A DNA stretch of 64,000 nucleotides from Patescibacteria group bacterium (GTDB lineage: Bacteria > Patescibacteriota > Minisyncoccia > Phycocordibacterales > Phycocordibacteraceae): contig JACDGK010000004.1 in NCBI GenBank assembly GCA_013815345.1, positions 10,361-74,360 on the forward strand, written 5' to 3'. The number at the start of each line of letters is the position of its first letter. Positions within the stretch are counted from its first letter, which is position 1. Both the position numbers and the translations under genes were made by a program. This document shows positions 19,573-29,199 of the stretch, in pieces. A model generated the notes under the pieces. The model was not told the DNA's origin. It did no database searches and was given only the letters and a program-made list of their open reading frames with translations.

Positions 19573-20139
19573 CTATACTCCTGCGTGCGGCATTTGGCCG
19601 TCGGCGTGAAGTGCTGCCACTTCACGCATGATAAGATCTCGAAGCTCCGTAGGATTCTCAATGCCGGTCATGGTAAATTTTTCATCTCGCCCAGCAGTTT
19701 CAACATTCAATGTACCGAAACCGAATATTGTAGGGAAAAGTCCCTCGACGTTCGTCGTTACGTCTTGTACTCGATTCAAAAGAAAACTTGAGACCTGGCG
19801 ACTGAAAAATCCGTATTGATGAATATCAACGATACGTGTCGTCGTGATGACCCACACCGTAAGAAAATAACGAGTGAAAATGCTAAATACGCTAATCCAG
19901 AGAAATAACCACCAGAACGCAAGCAGCATAACGAGCCACGGTCCTGCCTGCGATAGGTTTGCTGCAAGCGCTTGGCCGATACTGGGATTTGCACTGCCAA
20001 TGAATACGATCGCAACGGGAATAAAAAGAGGAAGAATAGCAAACACGAGATACGGCACGAGTGTTCCCACCAGTACGATCCAATGTCTTCTGACTGATCG
20101 AGTTATTTGTTCTCCGGGCTCTAATTCGAATTCTTCCAT
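19573..20139 (-). CDS. Bacterial PH-domain (bPH_2/YdbS-like) membrane protein
   Basis: LEPGEQI...RRHWIVLV followed by two TM helices and a C-terminal PH-like region. Confidence 0.7.
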   Translation of the reverse strand: MEEFELEPGEQITRSVRRHWIVLVGTLVPYLVFAILPLFIPVAIVFIGSANPSIGQALAANLSQAGPWLVMLLAFWWLFLWISVFSIFTRYFLTVWVITTTRIVDIHQYGFFSRQVSSFLLNRVQDVTTNVEGLFPTIFGFGTLNVETAGRDEKFTMTGIENPTELRDLIMREVAALHADGQMPHAGV

Positions 20140-20145
20140 AAATAT

Positions 20146-20451
20146 TTATTGAAATACGAACCCACTGATCGCCAGCAGGAATAAAAGAGCCGAGACGACA
20201 AGGTGAATACTGAGCGCCGGAACCGCGACCCAGGAACGATGGCCATATTTCAGCCAGTGATAGGTGACAACCAACGTATAGATAAGCCAGACGATAAATA
20301 TGAGGGCGAAAGTGATTGCGAGCACTTGTCCTTCGTTGATTGTCGTGAAGATCGTACTGAATGGCGTTTGAATAGGGTCAAGCGGACTCGTAGGAATAGC
20401 GTTAGCGGCAGCGTAGGACGAGGCGCCCGTGAGAGGGACCGATGAGGTCAT
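20146..20451 (-). CDS. Small hypothetical membrane protein (2 TM)
   Basis: 101 aa, tightly packed between the bPH gene and prmC. Confidence 0.45.
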   Translation of the reverse strand: MTSSVPLTGASSYAAANAIPTSPLDPIQTPFSTIFTTINEGQVLAITFALIFIVWLIYTLVVTYHWLKYGHRSWVAVPALSIHLVVSALLFLLAISGFVFQ

Positions 20452-21308
20452 TAAGTAAAGTGTGCCACGAGAAGACGTGGACGACCATAGAGGTCTTCGT
20501 GGATAGTCGCGTCAGCTCTGCTTGCAAGGAGAAGTGCTTGTGCCTCATGTATGTTTGAAATATCGCATTCCATCCAGAGCTCGCCTGAAGATAGGAGATG
20601 GTGCGAAACATCTAAAATGATTCGCTGAATAAGATCGAGACCTTTCGGCCCGCTGAATAATGCTTCGGGGGGCTCGAACGCGTGAACTGCCTGCGGCAGT
20701 TCACGCGCATCGGGGATGTATGGTGGATTCGTGGCAATGATATCAAATCGTTCGTTCGTGAAAGGTGAAAAGAGATCGCCAGCGCAAATAACGGCACGAG
20801 ATACGTCCAGATTATTTTCAGCAATATTCATTCGAATCAAATCTGTATGCTCGTGAGAAAGTTCGCCAAATGACACGTACGCGTTAGGGAAGTACGAAAG
20901 TATCGACAGACCAATAGCGCCGGAGCCTGCACAAAGATCAAGTAATCTAAATGCCTTGTCGGTTTCTCCACTACCAAAACGTTCTTCGAGATAGTTGATA
21001 AGTTTTTCACTCCACCACTCGGTTTCGGGGCGGGGGATTAAGGGGTGAGAATCAAGACGTATTTTGAGATTTAAAAAAGGAACCCATCCTATGACGTAGC
21101 TGAGCGGCTCGCCGCAGGCGAGCCGCGCCTCATCCTTCGAAAGGTCAGCCCGTGCTGAATTGCCATATTTGTCGCGGCGAATAAGTGCCATATCCTGGGC
21201 AGCGACCGGGGGTATTGACATAATAATATATATGTGTATAATGTTTATATGACTACTGAAAGCATCCCAACAAATACCTCCCAAAAGATAAGCCTTCCTC
21301 ACCATCAT
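20451..21308 (-). CDS. prmC: Release-factor glutamine N5-methyltransferase PrmC/HemK
   Basis: SAM-binding LDLCAGSGAIG and the catalytic IIATNPPYIP (NPPY) motif. Confidence 0.9.
   Translation of the reverse strand: MMVRKAYLLGGICWDAFSSHINIIHIYIIMSIPPVAAQDMALIRRDKYGNSARADLSKDEARLACGEPLSYVIGWVPFLNLKIRLDSHPLIPRPETEWWSEKLINYLEERFGSGETDKAFRLLDLCAGSGAIGLSILSYFPNAYVSFGELSHEHTDLIRMNIAENNLDVSRAVICAGDLFSPFTNERFDIIATNPPYIPDARELPQAVHAFEPPEALFSGPKGLDLIQRIILDVSHHLLSSGELWMECDISNIHEAQALLLASRADATIHEDLYGRPRLLVAHFT
21215..21242 (+). promoter_or_regulatory. Near-consensus sigma-70 promoter (TTGACA-16nt-TATAAT) directed antisense to the prmC start
   Basis: TTGACA at about 21215-21220 and TATAAT at about 21237-21242. 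The predicted transcription start falls at about 21249, on an ATG. Confidence 0.45.
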
Positions 21309-21581
21309 ATCAGCGCGCGTCTTACCCGTGATGTTACCTCAATTCTTTCAACATGCATCCATCATTTCCAAGAAGAAGAGCGTGAGATACAAGAAAGCAG
21401 CTTCGATGTTGATGCAGTTGTTTCGGGACGTTCTGTTCCCACACGTAGCACTTTTTATAAATCAGTAACTCCTCCTGCATCTCGTCGTGTTGTTCCCATT
21501 CATCCTTCTGCATACAGTTTACGAGTGCCGGAGCGTGGAAATTTCATTCCTGCTTCTCACTTCAATTTTCGTACTGCGTAA
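21249..21581 (+). other. Transcribed region of uncertain nature: leaderless 110 aa ORF of odd composition (MTTESIPTNTSQKISLPHHH...) or non-coding/antisense RNA ending at terminator 21609-21646
   Basis: It lies downstream of the consensus promoter, overlaps the prmC 5' end in antisense and is followed by a strong hairpin. Confidence 0.25.
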
Positions 21582-21608
21582 GTAATACGAATAATAAAAC
21601 AGTCAAAA

Positions 21609-21646
21609 GGAAAATCCCGCGCACTTTGTGCGCGGGATTTTCCTTT
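21609..21646. terminator. Strong bidirectional intrinsic terminator (GGAAAATCCCGCGCAC-TTTG-TGCGCGGGATTTTCC)
   Basis: Perfect ~15 bp palindrome with an A-run on one side and a T-run on the other. It sits immediately 3' of the RRM gene on the minus strand. Confidence 0.8.
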
Positions 21647-21672
21647 TACGTATGCTTAGTAAGCAAAGCTTG

Positions 21673-22020
21673 CTAGTAGCTGTTGCCGTAGCCACCACGG
21701 TCATTGCCGTAGTTGCCACCGCCTCCACCACCGCGATTGTTATCGCGACGTTCTCCAGGAGGGCGATCGCCTTGGGGACGAGCCATGGAAACCGAGAGCA
21801 TGCGCCCATCGAATTCCTTGCCATCCCAACGGTCGATAGCTGCTTGGCCTTGTGTCTCATCAGCCATTTCGACAAAACCGAAACCGCGGGAGCGGCCGGT
21901 CATGCGGTCGCTAATAATGCTTACTGACGTTACCTCACCTGCTTCCGAGAAAGCAGTGCGAAGATCATCTTCAGTCGTGCGGTACGGAATACCGCCGACA
22001 TATAACTTGCTTGTTGCCAT
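21673..22020 (-). CDS. RRM-domain RNA-binding protein with Gly/Arg-rich C-terminal tail
   Basis: RNP2 LYVGGIPY, RNP1 RGFGFVEM and the tail RGGGGGGNYGNDRGGYG. Confidence 0.9.
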   Translation of the reverse strand: MATSKLYVGGIPYRTTEDDLRTAFSEAGEVTSVSIISDRMTGRSRGFGFVEMADETQGQAAIDRWDGKEFDGRMLSVSMARPQGDRPPGERRDNNRGGGGGGNYGNDRGGYGNSY

Positions 22021-22196
22021 GTGGGCGTAGAATTGAACTTGATAACTCTCGCTGCTTCCGAACCTTTGTGACTTTCGTCAATGAAGCTTGGAGACGGGCG
22101 AGCTATTTTTAAATATGCTATGGCTTCGCCGAAAACACAAGGTTCGCGAGTGCGTCGGGGATAGTAGGAACCCACAAAAAACGCTATAATTGAAAT

Positions 22197-22466
22197 ATGA
22201 ATATAGAAACACTTGTCACAAAAGGACCGAGTAACGAACATGTTCCGTTGCCCGAAGACTTACGGCTTAAAAATGGAGACCCTCTTTATTATTTGCTTCT
22301 TCCACCGAAAGACGTGGCGGCTGGAATAATCGATCCAAGCGATTCGCAACAAGCACATGACCGATTACGGTCTCTTTTCGCACTTGATATGCAAAAAGTC
22401 CTTTCCTGTGCCGGCAAATCGGCCGAAGAAGCGAAAGAAATACTTAATTCTATAGAAAGCCACTAA
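22197..22466 (+). CDS. Hypothetical small protein (89 aa)
   Basis: ORF preceded by a TATAAT at about 22186. Confidence 0.35.
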   Translation: MNIETLVTKGPSNEHVPLPEDLRLKNGDPLYYLLLPPKDVAAGIIDPSDSQQAHDRLRSLFALDMQKVLSCAGKSAEEAKEILNSIESH

Positions 22467-22942
22467 GGTATTTTCATTCCCGCAGGGATGGGAATCACTC
22501 GAATAAGCCCTGCCACAATTTCTCCTTGCATATTCGGCTCTCCCAGCACGACGGCATATTCTCCAGCAGCAAGCGATGAAGTGCCCATCGTATTTTTCTG
22601 GCTACGAATGATCGTCGTGGTTCCGAGAAGTATCTTCTGTTCGGCTTGTTGATCATTTATGATAACGATCGCCGATGGCGAGACGCTGAGTATTTTTCCA
22701 AAAGTGCCGTGGGGATTTGGCCCATGACCATCCGGCATACCTAACACTCTTGAAATACCCGTATTTCCCCCAAAGTTTTGCTCATAGTTTTCACCCCACT
22801 GCGAAGAGAATTGCGCTTCGTGGTATCCGACAAGAATACCGGCTTCAAAAACGAAAATAACGATAACCACGATACTGACACCGACAATAATGCCGGCAAA
22901 AAGCCTGGAGTGTATGAATATTTTAACTGAATCAGTATTCAT
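22463..22942 (-). CDS. Hypothetical membrane-anchored protein
   Basis: 159 aa with an N-terminal TM helix. It lies downstream of the sigma/anti-sigma pair on the same strand. Confidence 0.45.
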   Translation of the reverse strand: MNTDSVKIFIHSRLFAGIIVGVSIVVIVIFVFEAGILVGYHEAQFSSQWGENYEQNFGGNTGISRVLGMPDGHGPNPHGTFGKILSVSPSAIVIINDQQAEQKILLGTTTIIRSQKNTMGTSSLAAGEYAVVLGEPNMQGEIVAGLIRVIPIPAGMKIP

Positions 22943-22977
22943 AGATAGGGCGAGTCAGAATGAGCTAAGAGTTAGGC

Positions 22978-23439
22978 TTACTGATGTGTCTGCACACGAT
23001 GCCTTTTGAAAAAATGAACACTGCCTATATTCCATACGAAGCTTTTGAGCGACGCAAGAAATACGGCAAGTAAAAAAAGAGTAAAGGTCACTTCTACACC
23101 AGGGAGCGCCTCCGCAAGCGGAAGCGCAAAAGAGCTAAGATGACTTGAAAGAAGATCGCCATCTGACACGAGAAGTGACGCAAAACTGCTGAAGCCGCGA
23201 AGGGACGCGGCATGCATAAGCACTGGTATCGCGAGCACAAGTCCCACGAAAGAACTTGCGCCCGAAAAGGAAGAAATAACGAACCGTACCTGCCGTTGGC
23301 GGGTGCGCTCCTGCTCAACCACGCGAAGTATCCGCTCGCAAAGATACGTCGGTGGGGTTTCAGGCGGGAGAACTTTAAAAAGCCGTTCGTAATTAGCTTC
23401 CATGTTCTCTATACGCTTCACGAGGGACTTTTGGTGCAT
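22978..23439 (-). CDS. Putative anti-sigma factor (cytoplasmic N-domain plus TM segments), co-transcribed with the ECF sigma
   Basis: Its start lies 3 nt after the ECF sigma stop. The central region is hydrophobic. Confidence 0.5.
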   Translation of the reverse strand: MHQKSLVKRIENMEANYERLFKVLPPETPPTYLCERILRVVEQERTRQRQVRFVISSFSGASSFVGLVLAIPVLMHAASLRGFSSFASLLVSDGDLLSSHLSSFALPLAEALPGVEVTFTLFLLAVFLASLKSFVWNIGSVHFFKRHRVQTHQ

Positions 23440-23442
23440 GTA

Positions 23443-24012
23443 TTAGGGTCGTTCAAATTTCTTCCGAAGAGCGATCAGCGCCCGTCGATGAAGACTGCGG
23501 ATCGTGTTGGCTGGCATGGAAAGTATACGACTTATATCCTCGAATGAAAGTTCTTCGTCGTATCGAAGAGAGAGTATCGTACGGTCGCGAGGGGGCAGCT
23601 CAGCAAGAACTTTTCGCACCTTCTTTGCAAGCGTTTTTCGTGCGAACAATTCTTCAGGAAGCGGCTCAGGATCGGCGAGTGTAGCGACCAGTACGTTTTC
23701 CGCATCATCAGTATCGAATCGCGAAAAAGGAACCGAACGCCGTTTACGCATGATATCGATGGCGGAGTTCTTTGCGATAGCAAAAAGCCAGGTCTTAAAG
23801 GATTTATTTTCATGAAAACGTCTGATATTGCGCCATGCCTTCACAAATGTTTCTTGTGTGGCATCTTCGGCATCAGCGGTATTGCCGATGAAATTGTGAC
23901 AGAAACGATAGACCTCAGGAAGATACCGCTCCACCAGCGTCTGAAATGCCGCACGATCGTCGTTTTTGGCGAGTGGTATGAGCTCGTGGTCGGGAGGGAG
24001 AAAATCAGTCAT
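23443..24012 (-). CDS. ECF-family RNA polymerase sigma factor (sigma-24 type)
   Basis: Region 2 ETFVKAWRNIRRFHENKSFKTWLFAIAKNSAIDIMRKR and region 4 LRYDEELSFEDISRILSMPANTIRSLHRRAL. Confidence 0.9.
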   Translation of the reverse strand: MTDFLPPDHELIPLAKNDDRAAFQTLVERYLPEVYRFCHNFIGNTADAEDATQETFVKAWRNIRRFHENKSFKTWLFAIAKNSAIDIMRKRRSVPFSRFDTDDAENVLVATLADPEPLPEELFARKTLAKKVRKVLAELPPRDRTILSLRYDEELSFEDISRILSMPANTIRSLHRRALIALRKKFERP

Positions 24013-24119
24013 GTGGTGAGCGACCTGTATAGGTACGACGCAACCTGTCCGTATTGGTTACTTTTTCCTCTTTGAAATGGTAGTAAAGTGTAAGGATAGC
24101 GCATTTACCTTTATTTCCT

Positions 24120-24746
24120 ATGAACAAATCCTCATATATTTCTGAAGCGGTATGGCTCACTATTGCCATTTTCGTACCTATCGCGGTAGGACTTTCGCTG
24201 CTCTCCGGTGTTTCCTATATAAATGAGCAGCAGATATTGCGCCTCGGGGCGAATGAACCGCAGGAATGGCTCGCGCAAGATGTCGTTGCGCGTATTCAGG
24301 CGGGTGGGGTGATTGTAAAAATTGCGACCGGAACCCCCATCGCGATTGAAACTGATCCCGCACCATTTCTTTTGGTAACTGACGGACAAGGGAAGCCAGT
24401 TGCCGGAACAGGGTATCTTCACGGAAATCTTGCGACGATTCCCAGCGGCGTGTTCGATGCATCTCGTACCGATGGAAAAAATTTTGTTACGTGGCAACCT
24501 GAAGTGGGCGTACGTGAAGCGATCGTCGTCATATCCGTTACAAGCCCTGCTCAAACCGGTCAAACTGCCGTGAATAACTTTGTCGTCTCCGGCCGCTCAC
24601 TTGCCTACGTCGAATGGGAAGAACAGCAGCTTATGCAACGTGTATTCCTCGGATGGCTCGCCACTATGGTCGGCACTCTTATCTTCAGCATTATTTCGAT
24701 GTTCATTATCATCAAACCGCGCAGTGATGTCGAGGCGATTGGCTAA
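24120..24746 (+). CDS. Hypothetical membrane protein (N- and C-terminal TM helices)
   Basis: 208 aa ORF. No family recognised. Confidence 0.5.
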   Translation: MNKSSYISEAVWLTIAIFVPIAVGLSLLSGVSYINEQQILRLGANEPQEWLAQDVVARIQAGGVIVKIATGTPIAIETDPAPFLLVTDGQGKPVAGTGYLHGNLATIPSGVFDASRTDGKNFVTWQPEVGVREAIVVISVTSPAQTGQTAVNNFVVSGRSLAYVEWEEQQLMQRVFLGWLATMVGTLIFSIISMFIIIKPRSDVEAIG

Positions 24747-24762
24747 GAAAAAATCTAGACGA

Positions 24763-26472
24763 CTACGAACTCTTCATCATGTCGCGTTCGATGTCGACGA
24801 AGGTACCATGGACTTTTTTGCCGGGGTTGAAGATGTTTAACGGATCGAATATATTCTTGGTTTCTTCAAAGAACGCAATTACCTTGTCGCCAAAAAGCAT
24901 CGGAAGATAAGGCGTGCGAATGATACCGTCATTATGCTCACCAGTCGTGGTACCGCCGTATTTGATCACCAGCGCATACACTTTCGGAGCAAGGTCGAGA
25001 ATCACTTTTCGTGCTTCAGGCTTGTTTAGATCTATGAGGGGAATGATGTGGAAGTTGCCGTTCCCGATGTGACCCGCGATCGTATAGATAAAATTTTCCT
25101 TGTACTCGTCCAAAAGTGTATTCAGTTCGGGAAGGAATTGCGGATAACTGTCGGGCGGCACAACAAAGTCATCAATAAAAGGAGCTGCAAAAAGGCCGTG
25201 AACGTTTTTGCGCAAAAGCGAGAAACTTTCTCGACGCACAATCCAGTATTTCTCTGATTCTTTTTCGTTCTTTTCGATCTTCATACGCACATCCATGTCT
25301 TTAAGCGCTTCACGAGCTGCGGTTGCTTTTCGATCTGCCTCTTCAATCGAGTCCTCCGCGAACTCCGCCATGAGGATGAGTTTGGGTACGCCTCCCGTCG
25401 CGACCATCTCCACTTCCGGAAGGAATGAAATACCGAGTCGTGCCGCTTTCACGAATCCCATCTGCTCGAGCATTTGGGGCAGAAATTTTACGGCGAGCTT
25501 AAAAGTATTGTCGTCGTACGACTCGAATGATTCAGGATTAAGAGGAAGCACGCGTCGGACGATTTCCGGAAGAATAGTAATATCGGAAAGGAATACAACA
25601 AGCATGGCTCGATGCTCTTTCGGATGGACGAGGCGCAGTTTTGCCTTTGACATGAGCGCGAGCGTGCCCTGTGAGCCGCAGATGAGTCGCGCCAGATTGA
25701 ACGAGTCGTCTTTTTTACTAATGACATTCCAGAGTGCGTATCCTGCAGAATTCTTAGAAACCTTCGGTTTTGCATTTTCGATTGTTTCGCGATTATTTTC
25801 TAGTAATTTTGCCATTTTTCGATATATCTCTCCTTCTAGTGTTTCGAGCTTTTGTTTTTCAGCAAGCTCATCAGGAGTCAACGATTTGAAGGTTGTTATG
25901 GAACCATCAGAGAGCACGACTTCCACTTCCTCGATGTAGTCTTCCGTCTTTCCATATTCGAGCGTCCGTTCACCACCAGAATCATTATTGACAATGCCAC
26001 CCATGGCGCAGATCTCACGCGAAGCGGGATAGGAGGGAAGTATCAGGTTGTCTTTCGCCAGCGTTTCTTTTTCAAAATCCCGATAAAAAACACCAGGCTC
26101 AGTGACGGCGTAGCCACCTTCTCCCCCTGACGTAATTTCAAGTACGCGATTCATGTATTTTGTACATACGGCAACAATGGAAGTCGTGAGTGGGCCACCG
26201 GACATATCCGTACCCGCAGAACGAGCAGTTACGGAAATATTTTCTCCACTTTTTTTCCTTTCGCTCACTATCTTTACTAGTGCAGAAATATCTTGGACGT
26301 CTTTGGGATACACCACCAAAGAAGGCGTGCGTACGAAAAGGCTGGTATCACGACTGTATTTTGCGAGTTCCTCGGGAGTATCGGTGACCTCCCCTTGTAT
26401 CATTTTTTGGATTTCAGTCTCGAGCTCTTTATTCATACCTTTTAATTTAAATTTACAGTATACCGTAATCAC
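24763..26472 (-). CDS. FAD-linked oxidase (PCMH-type FAD-binding domain plus C-terminal oxidase domain; GlcD/D-lactate dehydrogenase-like)
   Basis: The order is FAD_binding_4-like N-terminus (VTARSAGTDMSGGPL...GGYAVTEPGV) followed by an FAD-oxidase C-terminal domain. It is the last gene of the mannoside operon. Confidence 0.8.
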   Translation of the reverse strand: MITVYCKFKLKGMNKELETEIQKMIQGEVTDTPEELAKYSRDTSLFVRTPSLVVYPKDVQDISALVKIVSERKKSGENISVTARSAGTDMSGGPLTTSIVAVCTKYMNRVLEITSGGEGGYAVTEPGVFYRDFEKETLAKDNLILPSYPASREICAMGGIVNNDSGGERTLEYGKTEDYIEEVEVVLSDGSITTFKSLTPDELAEKQKLETLEGEIYRKMAKLLENNRETIENAKPKVSKNSAGYALWNVISKKDDSFNLARLICGSQGTLALMSKAKLRLVHPKEHRAMLVVFLSDITILPEIVRRVLPLNPESFESYDDNTFKLAVKFLPQMLEQMGFVKAARLGISFLPEVEMVATGGVPKLILMAEFAEDSIEEADRKATAAREALKDMDVRMKIEKNEKESEKYWIVRRESFSLLRKNVHGLFAAPFIDDFVVPPDSYPQFLPELNTLLDEYKENFIYTIAGHIGNGNFHIIPLIDLNKPEARKVILDLAPKVYALVIKYGGTTTGEHNDGIIRTPYLPMLFGDKVIAFFEETKNIFDPLNIFNPGKKVHGTFVDIERDMMKSS

Positions 26473-27269
26473 TATCGCACCTTTGCGAGCAATCCTTTTA
26501 TAAACATCTCAGTATCATCGGGGTTTTTTACTTCGTGTGTGGTGATGCCTGTTGCCTTTACTACTTCGTCGTTGCCACCTGGGTACAGAGCGTCGCCGAT
26601 ATAGAGCATCGAGCGTATGGGTACCTGCAAGTATTCACTGAGTTTGCGAACACCATACGCTTTATTTATTCCCTTTTTCGTCACGTCGATAGTCGTCGCA
26701 CCCCCCGTTTTTACGTCGTATTCCGGTAGCAGTTCTTGTGCGGCAGTCTGCAACGTTTTCTTTTTTGAATTATCAGAATCCCATGCCTCTTTTTCATCAA
26801 TAGGAGCTTGCTGTCCTAGGACCGACATCGCGACGGAAGCACCTCGGAACTCTATTCTTTCACCATGTGAGGGACTTGAAAGATCAACCAATTTTGTTTC
26901 AGTGCAGACCTGTTCAAGTACCTCTTTTATATGAGTTGCTTCTGCGGCGGTGAGTGATTCTTCATACACTGCAGTCCAGAGGCCATTTTCAAACGTGAAG
27001 AGCGCCGCACCACTGGTCGGTTGAAGATAAACATTTCTCGTTTCAGCGTCCGCGCTGAGCTGATTCACAACCTGTTGTTCTAACTGTTCTCGCTTTCCTC
27101 CTGAAATTACCGTGAATAGAGTATGCAAAGAAAGTTGGGAGAGAAGTGCTGCCATCGAGGGAGTGATCGCTTGTTTGCTCGACGCAAGCGTCTTATCAAG
27201 ATCAAACATAATCACGTCGAGCAAAGACGCGTCGGATAAAGAGTCAGGTGATAAAGGTTCGTCGATCAT
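26472..27269 (-). CDS. Eukaryote-type phosphomannomutase (HAD-IIB, PMM family)
   Basis: HAD motif I FDLDKTL and the C-terminal IGDALYPGGNDEVV match the PMM family signature (FGDKTxPGGNDHEI). Confidence 0.75.
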   Translation of the reverse strand: MIDEPLSPDSLSDASLLDVIMFDLDKTLASSKQAITPSMAALLSQLSLHTLFTVISGGKREQLEQQVVNQLSADAETRNVYLQPTSGAALFTFENGLWTAVYEESLTAAEATHIKEVLEQVCTETKLVDLSSPSHGERIEFRGASVAMSVLGQQAPIDEKEAWDSDNSKKKTLQTAAQELLPEYDVKTGGATTIDVTKKGINKAYGVRKLSEYLQVPIRSMLYIGDALYPGGNDEVVKATGITTHEVKNPDDTEMFIKGLLAKVR

Positions 27270-29188
27270 GAAAGGTTAGGCAGCAAGCGCTTGACGAGTT
27301 CTTTTTTTGAAAGTGTCGCGACTCCGATTGCGCTGTCTGCTCCGCCGTAATACACGAAAAGAGTATCGTCACGAAGCACGATGCCGCAGGAAAAGACCAC
27401 ATTATTTATCTGGCCTTCTTTTTCCCACGGCAATACCGGTTCGAGAATAGGCATAGCAGTACGCGCGAGTACCGTCGCCGCGGTTTCGCCGTCGAGGAGC
27501 GTAGCGCCGAGACGGTAGGTGTTGTCGCCCCCGACGGCATGATAGATAAAGAGCCATCCTTCAGGGATACGAATGGGCGGCGCAGCCGTACCGATCTTTT
27601 TGGTATCCCACATTCCCGGACGCGGTGTCATGATTTCGGTACAGCGATCGATCATGCGGGTCGGAGGAAGCGAGTCGAAATAATCAACACAGATATTCGG
27701 ATCGATGCGATGAATCGCCATTATCTTGCCTTGTATCAGTCCAGGAACCAGGCAGAGGTCTTTGTCGTTTACGCCTTCGGGTGTGAGGGGTTGCGGTTCC
27801 GTCCAGTTAAAATTGTGCGCAAGAAAATCATGTATAGAAATAGAGGAAAGCGTACCGCGTGCGAGGGTGCCATCAAAAGCGGTATAGGTGATATATAACG
27901 TATCATCGATCTGAGAAAGTCGGGGATCCTCGGTGCCATGGTTTTCAAATGCCTGCCGGGGGACATACACCGGCTCTGAGAGGCGTTCATCAACATGAAT
28001 CCCGTCGGCAAGACGTGCATATCCCATTGTCGAGATATTTTCAGCGCGCCCTTCGCACGCATCTCCCATCGCGCGATAGACAAGATGCACCGAACCATCA
28101 AGATCAACGGCCGCAGCATTAAAAACGGCCCGCGATTCCCACGGATGGGAAGGATCAGCACGAAGAATAGGTTCGTCGCTCGCTCGAGTCATGAAGGAAT
28201 TTCTACTTTCATCGGTCATCGTGGAAAGCAAATCGGAGAAGGAAAGCTTTGCAGATGCACATACCGTGTCAGCAGCGCCGTAATACACGTGGAGCGTGTC
28301 GCCGGTAATGACCGCGCCAGTAGGAAAGACGATGTTTGATACGAGGCCATATCGTTCATATGATTCTTCTGGCACGAGAAACGGAAAAGCAGTCCGCGCA
28401 ATGATTTTTTGTGGATCGTCGCGGTCGAGAAGAAGCGCCTCGACGCCAAAGAGGCGATTATGCGGGTCGTAATAATTTTGTATGTGGGAATACACTAAAA
28501 GCCAACCATGCTTAGTGTGAATAGGAGTCGCGGCAACTTCCATATGTTCGCTGTCAGCTCGGCGCACGTCGGGAAGGGCATGATCGGCGAGATGTTCGTG
28601 CCAGTTGTTCCAGAAAATCGGATTCCAGAAATCTTCAATATTTTTTGTGCGTGCGAGAGCAATCGTTGGACGAGGATGTTCGTCAGTATAGTCAGTGTGC
28701 GCCGTGATCAACATTACGGCGTCATCATTGATGCGTTCAGGAAAAAGAGTGGCCGCTTTCGCATTGAAAGGAGTGACCAGGTGTTTCTCGTTTAACTGAT
28801 CAGGAGAATCTCCAATAGCTACTGCCACGCGAATGTTGTCAGGCCCGAAGGGGTACCCGCCGAGCGCGGTGTAAAAGACATACCAGCGACCTTCGAAGAA
28901 GGTCGCGCGCGGGTCTTCGCAGCCGTACGCTTCCCACGATTCTTCCGCTTTAACGACTTGCGTACGATCGTCGAAGGAACCGCCGCCTTTGGCGGCGGCA
29001 TATCCCACGGTCGAGAAACCACGCCCCGGCGTGCGCAAGTCATCTGGTTCTGCCATGGCTCGATAAAAAAGATGCGTTGTATCACCCAGTGTCACGACCG
29101 AGGGATTGAACGTGCCGATTGCTTCAAACGAACGCGTGCGCGTCGGTGAAAGAAATGGATTTTGAAGAGAGCGAAAGACAGAGAGCAT
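27266..29188 (-). CDS. Tandem double-domain GH130 family protein (two complete beta-mannoside phosphorylase/hydrolase-like beta-propellers in one 640 aa chain)
   Basis: Two repeats each carry FNP/FNA...V, YRAM, the catalytic GxEDPR (YGCEDPR and GTEDPR) and YYGAAD/YYGGAD. Confidence 0.85.
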   Translation of the reverse strand: MLSVFRSLQNPFLSPTRTRSFEAIGTFNPSVVTLGDTTHLFYRAMAEPDDLRTPGRGFSTVGYAAAKGGGSFDDRTQVVKAEESWEAYGCEDPRATFFEGRWYVFYTALGGYPFGPDNIRVAVAIGDSPDQLNEKHLVTPFNAKAATLFPERINDDAVMLITAHTDYTDEHPRPTIALARTKNIEDFWNPIFWNNWHEHLADHALPDVRRADSEHMEVAATPIHTKHGWLLVYSHIQNYYDPHNRLFGVEALLLDRDDPQKIIARTAFPFLVPEESYERYGLVSNIVFPTGAVITGDTLHVYYGAADTVCASAKLSFSDLLSTMTDESRNSFMTRASDEPILRADPSHPWESRAVFNAAAVDLDGSVHLVYRAMGDACEGRAENISTMGYARLADGIHVDERLSEPVYVPRQAFENHGTEDPRLSQIDDTLYITYTAFDGTLARGTLSSISIHDFLAHNFNWTEPQPLTPEGVNDKDLCLVPGLIQGKIMAIHRIDPNICVDYFDSLPPTRMIDRCTEIMTPRPGMWDTKKIGTAAPPIRIPEGWLFIYHAVGGDNTYRLGATLLDGETAATVLARTAMPILEPVLPWEKEGQINNVVFSCGIVLRDDTLFVYYGGADSAIGVATLSKKELVKRLLPNLS

Positions 29189-29199
29189 GCGTCAGTTCA

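Noticed and set aside
21234-21248. The first five codons (MYNVY) of the + ORF 21234-21581
   Set aside because: They overlap the -10 element of the consensus promoter at 21215-21242 and so cannot be downstream of its transcription start. If the ORF is real it starts at the second ATG (21249).
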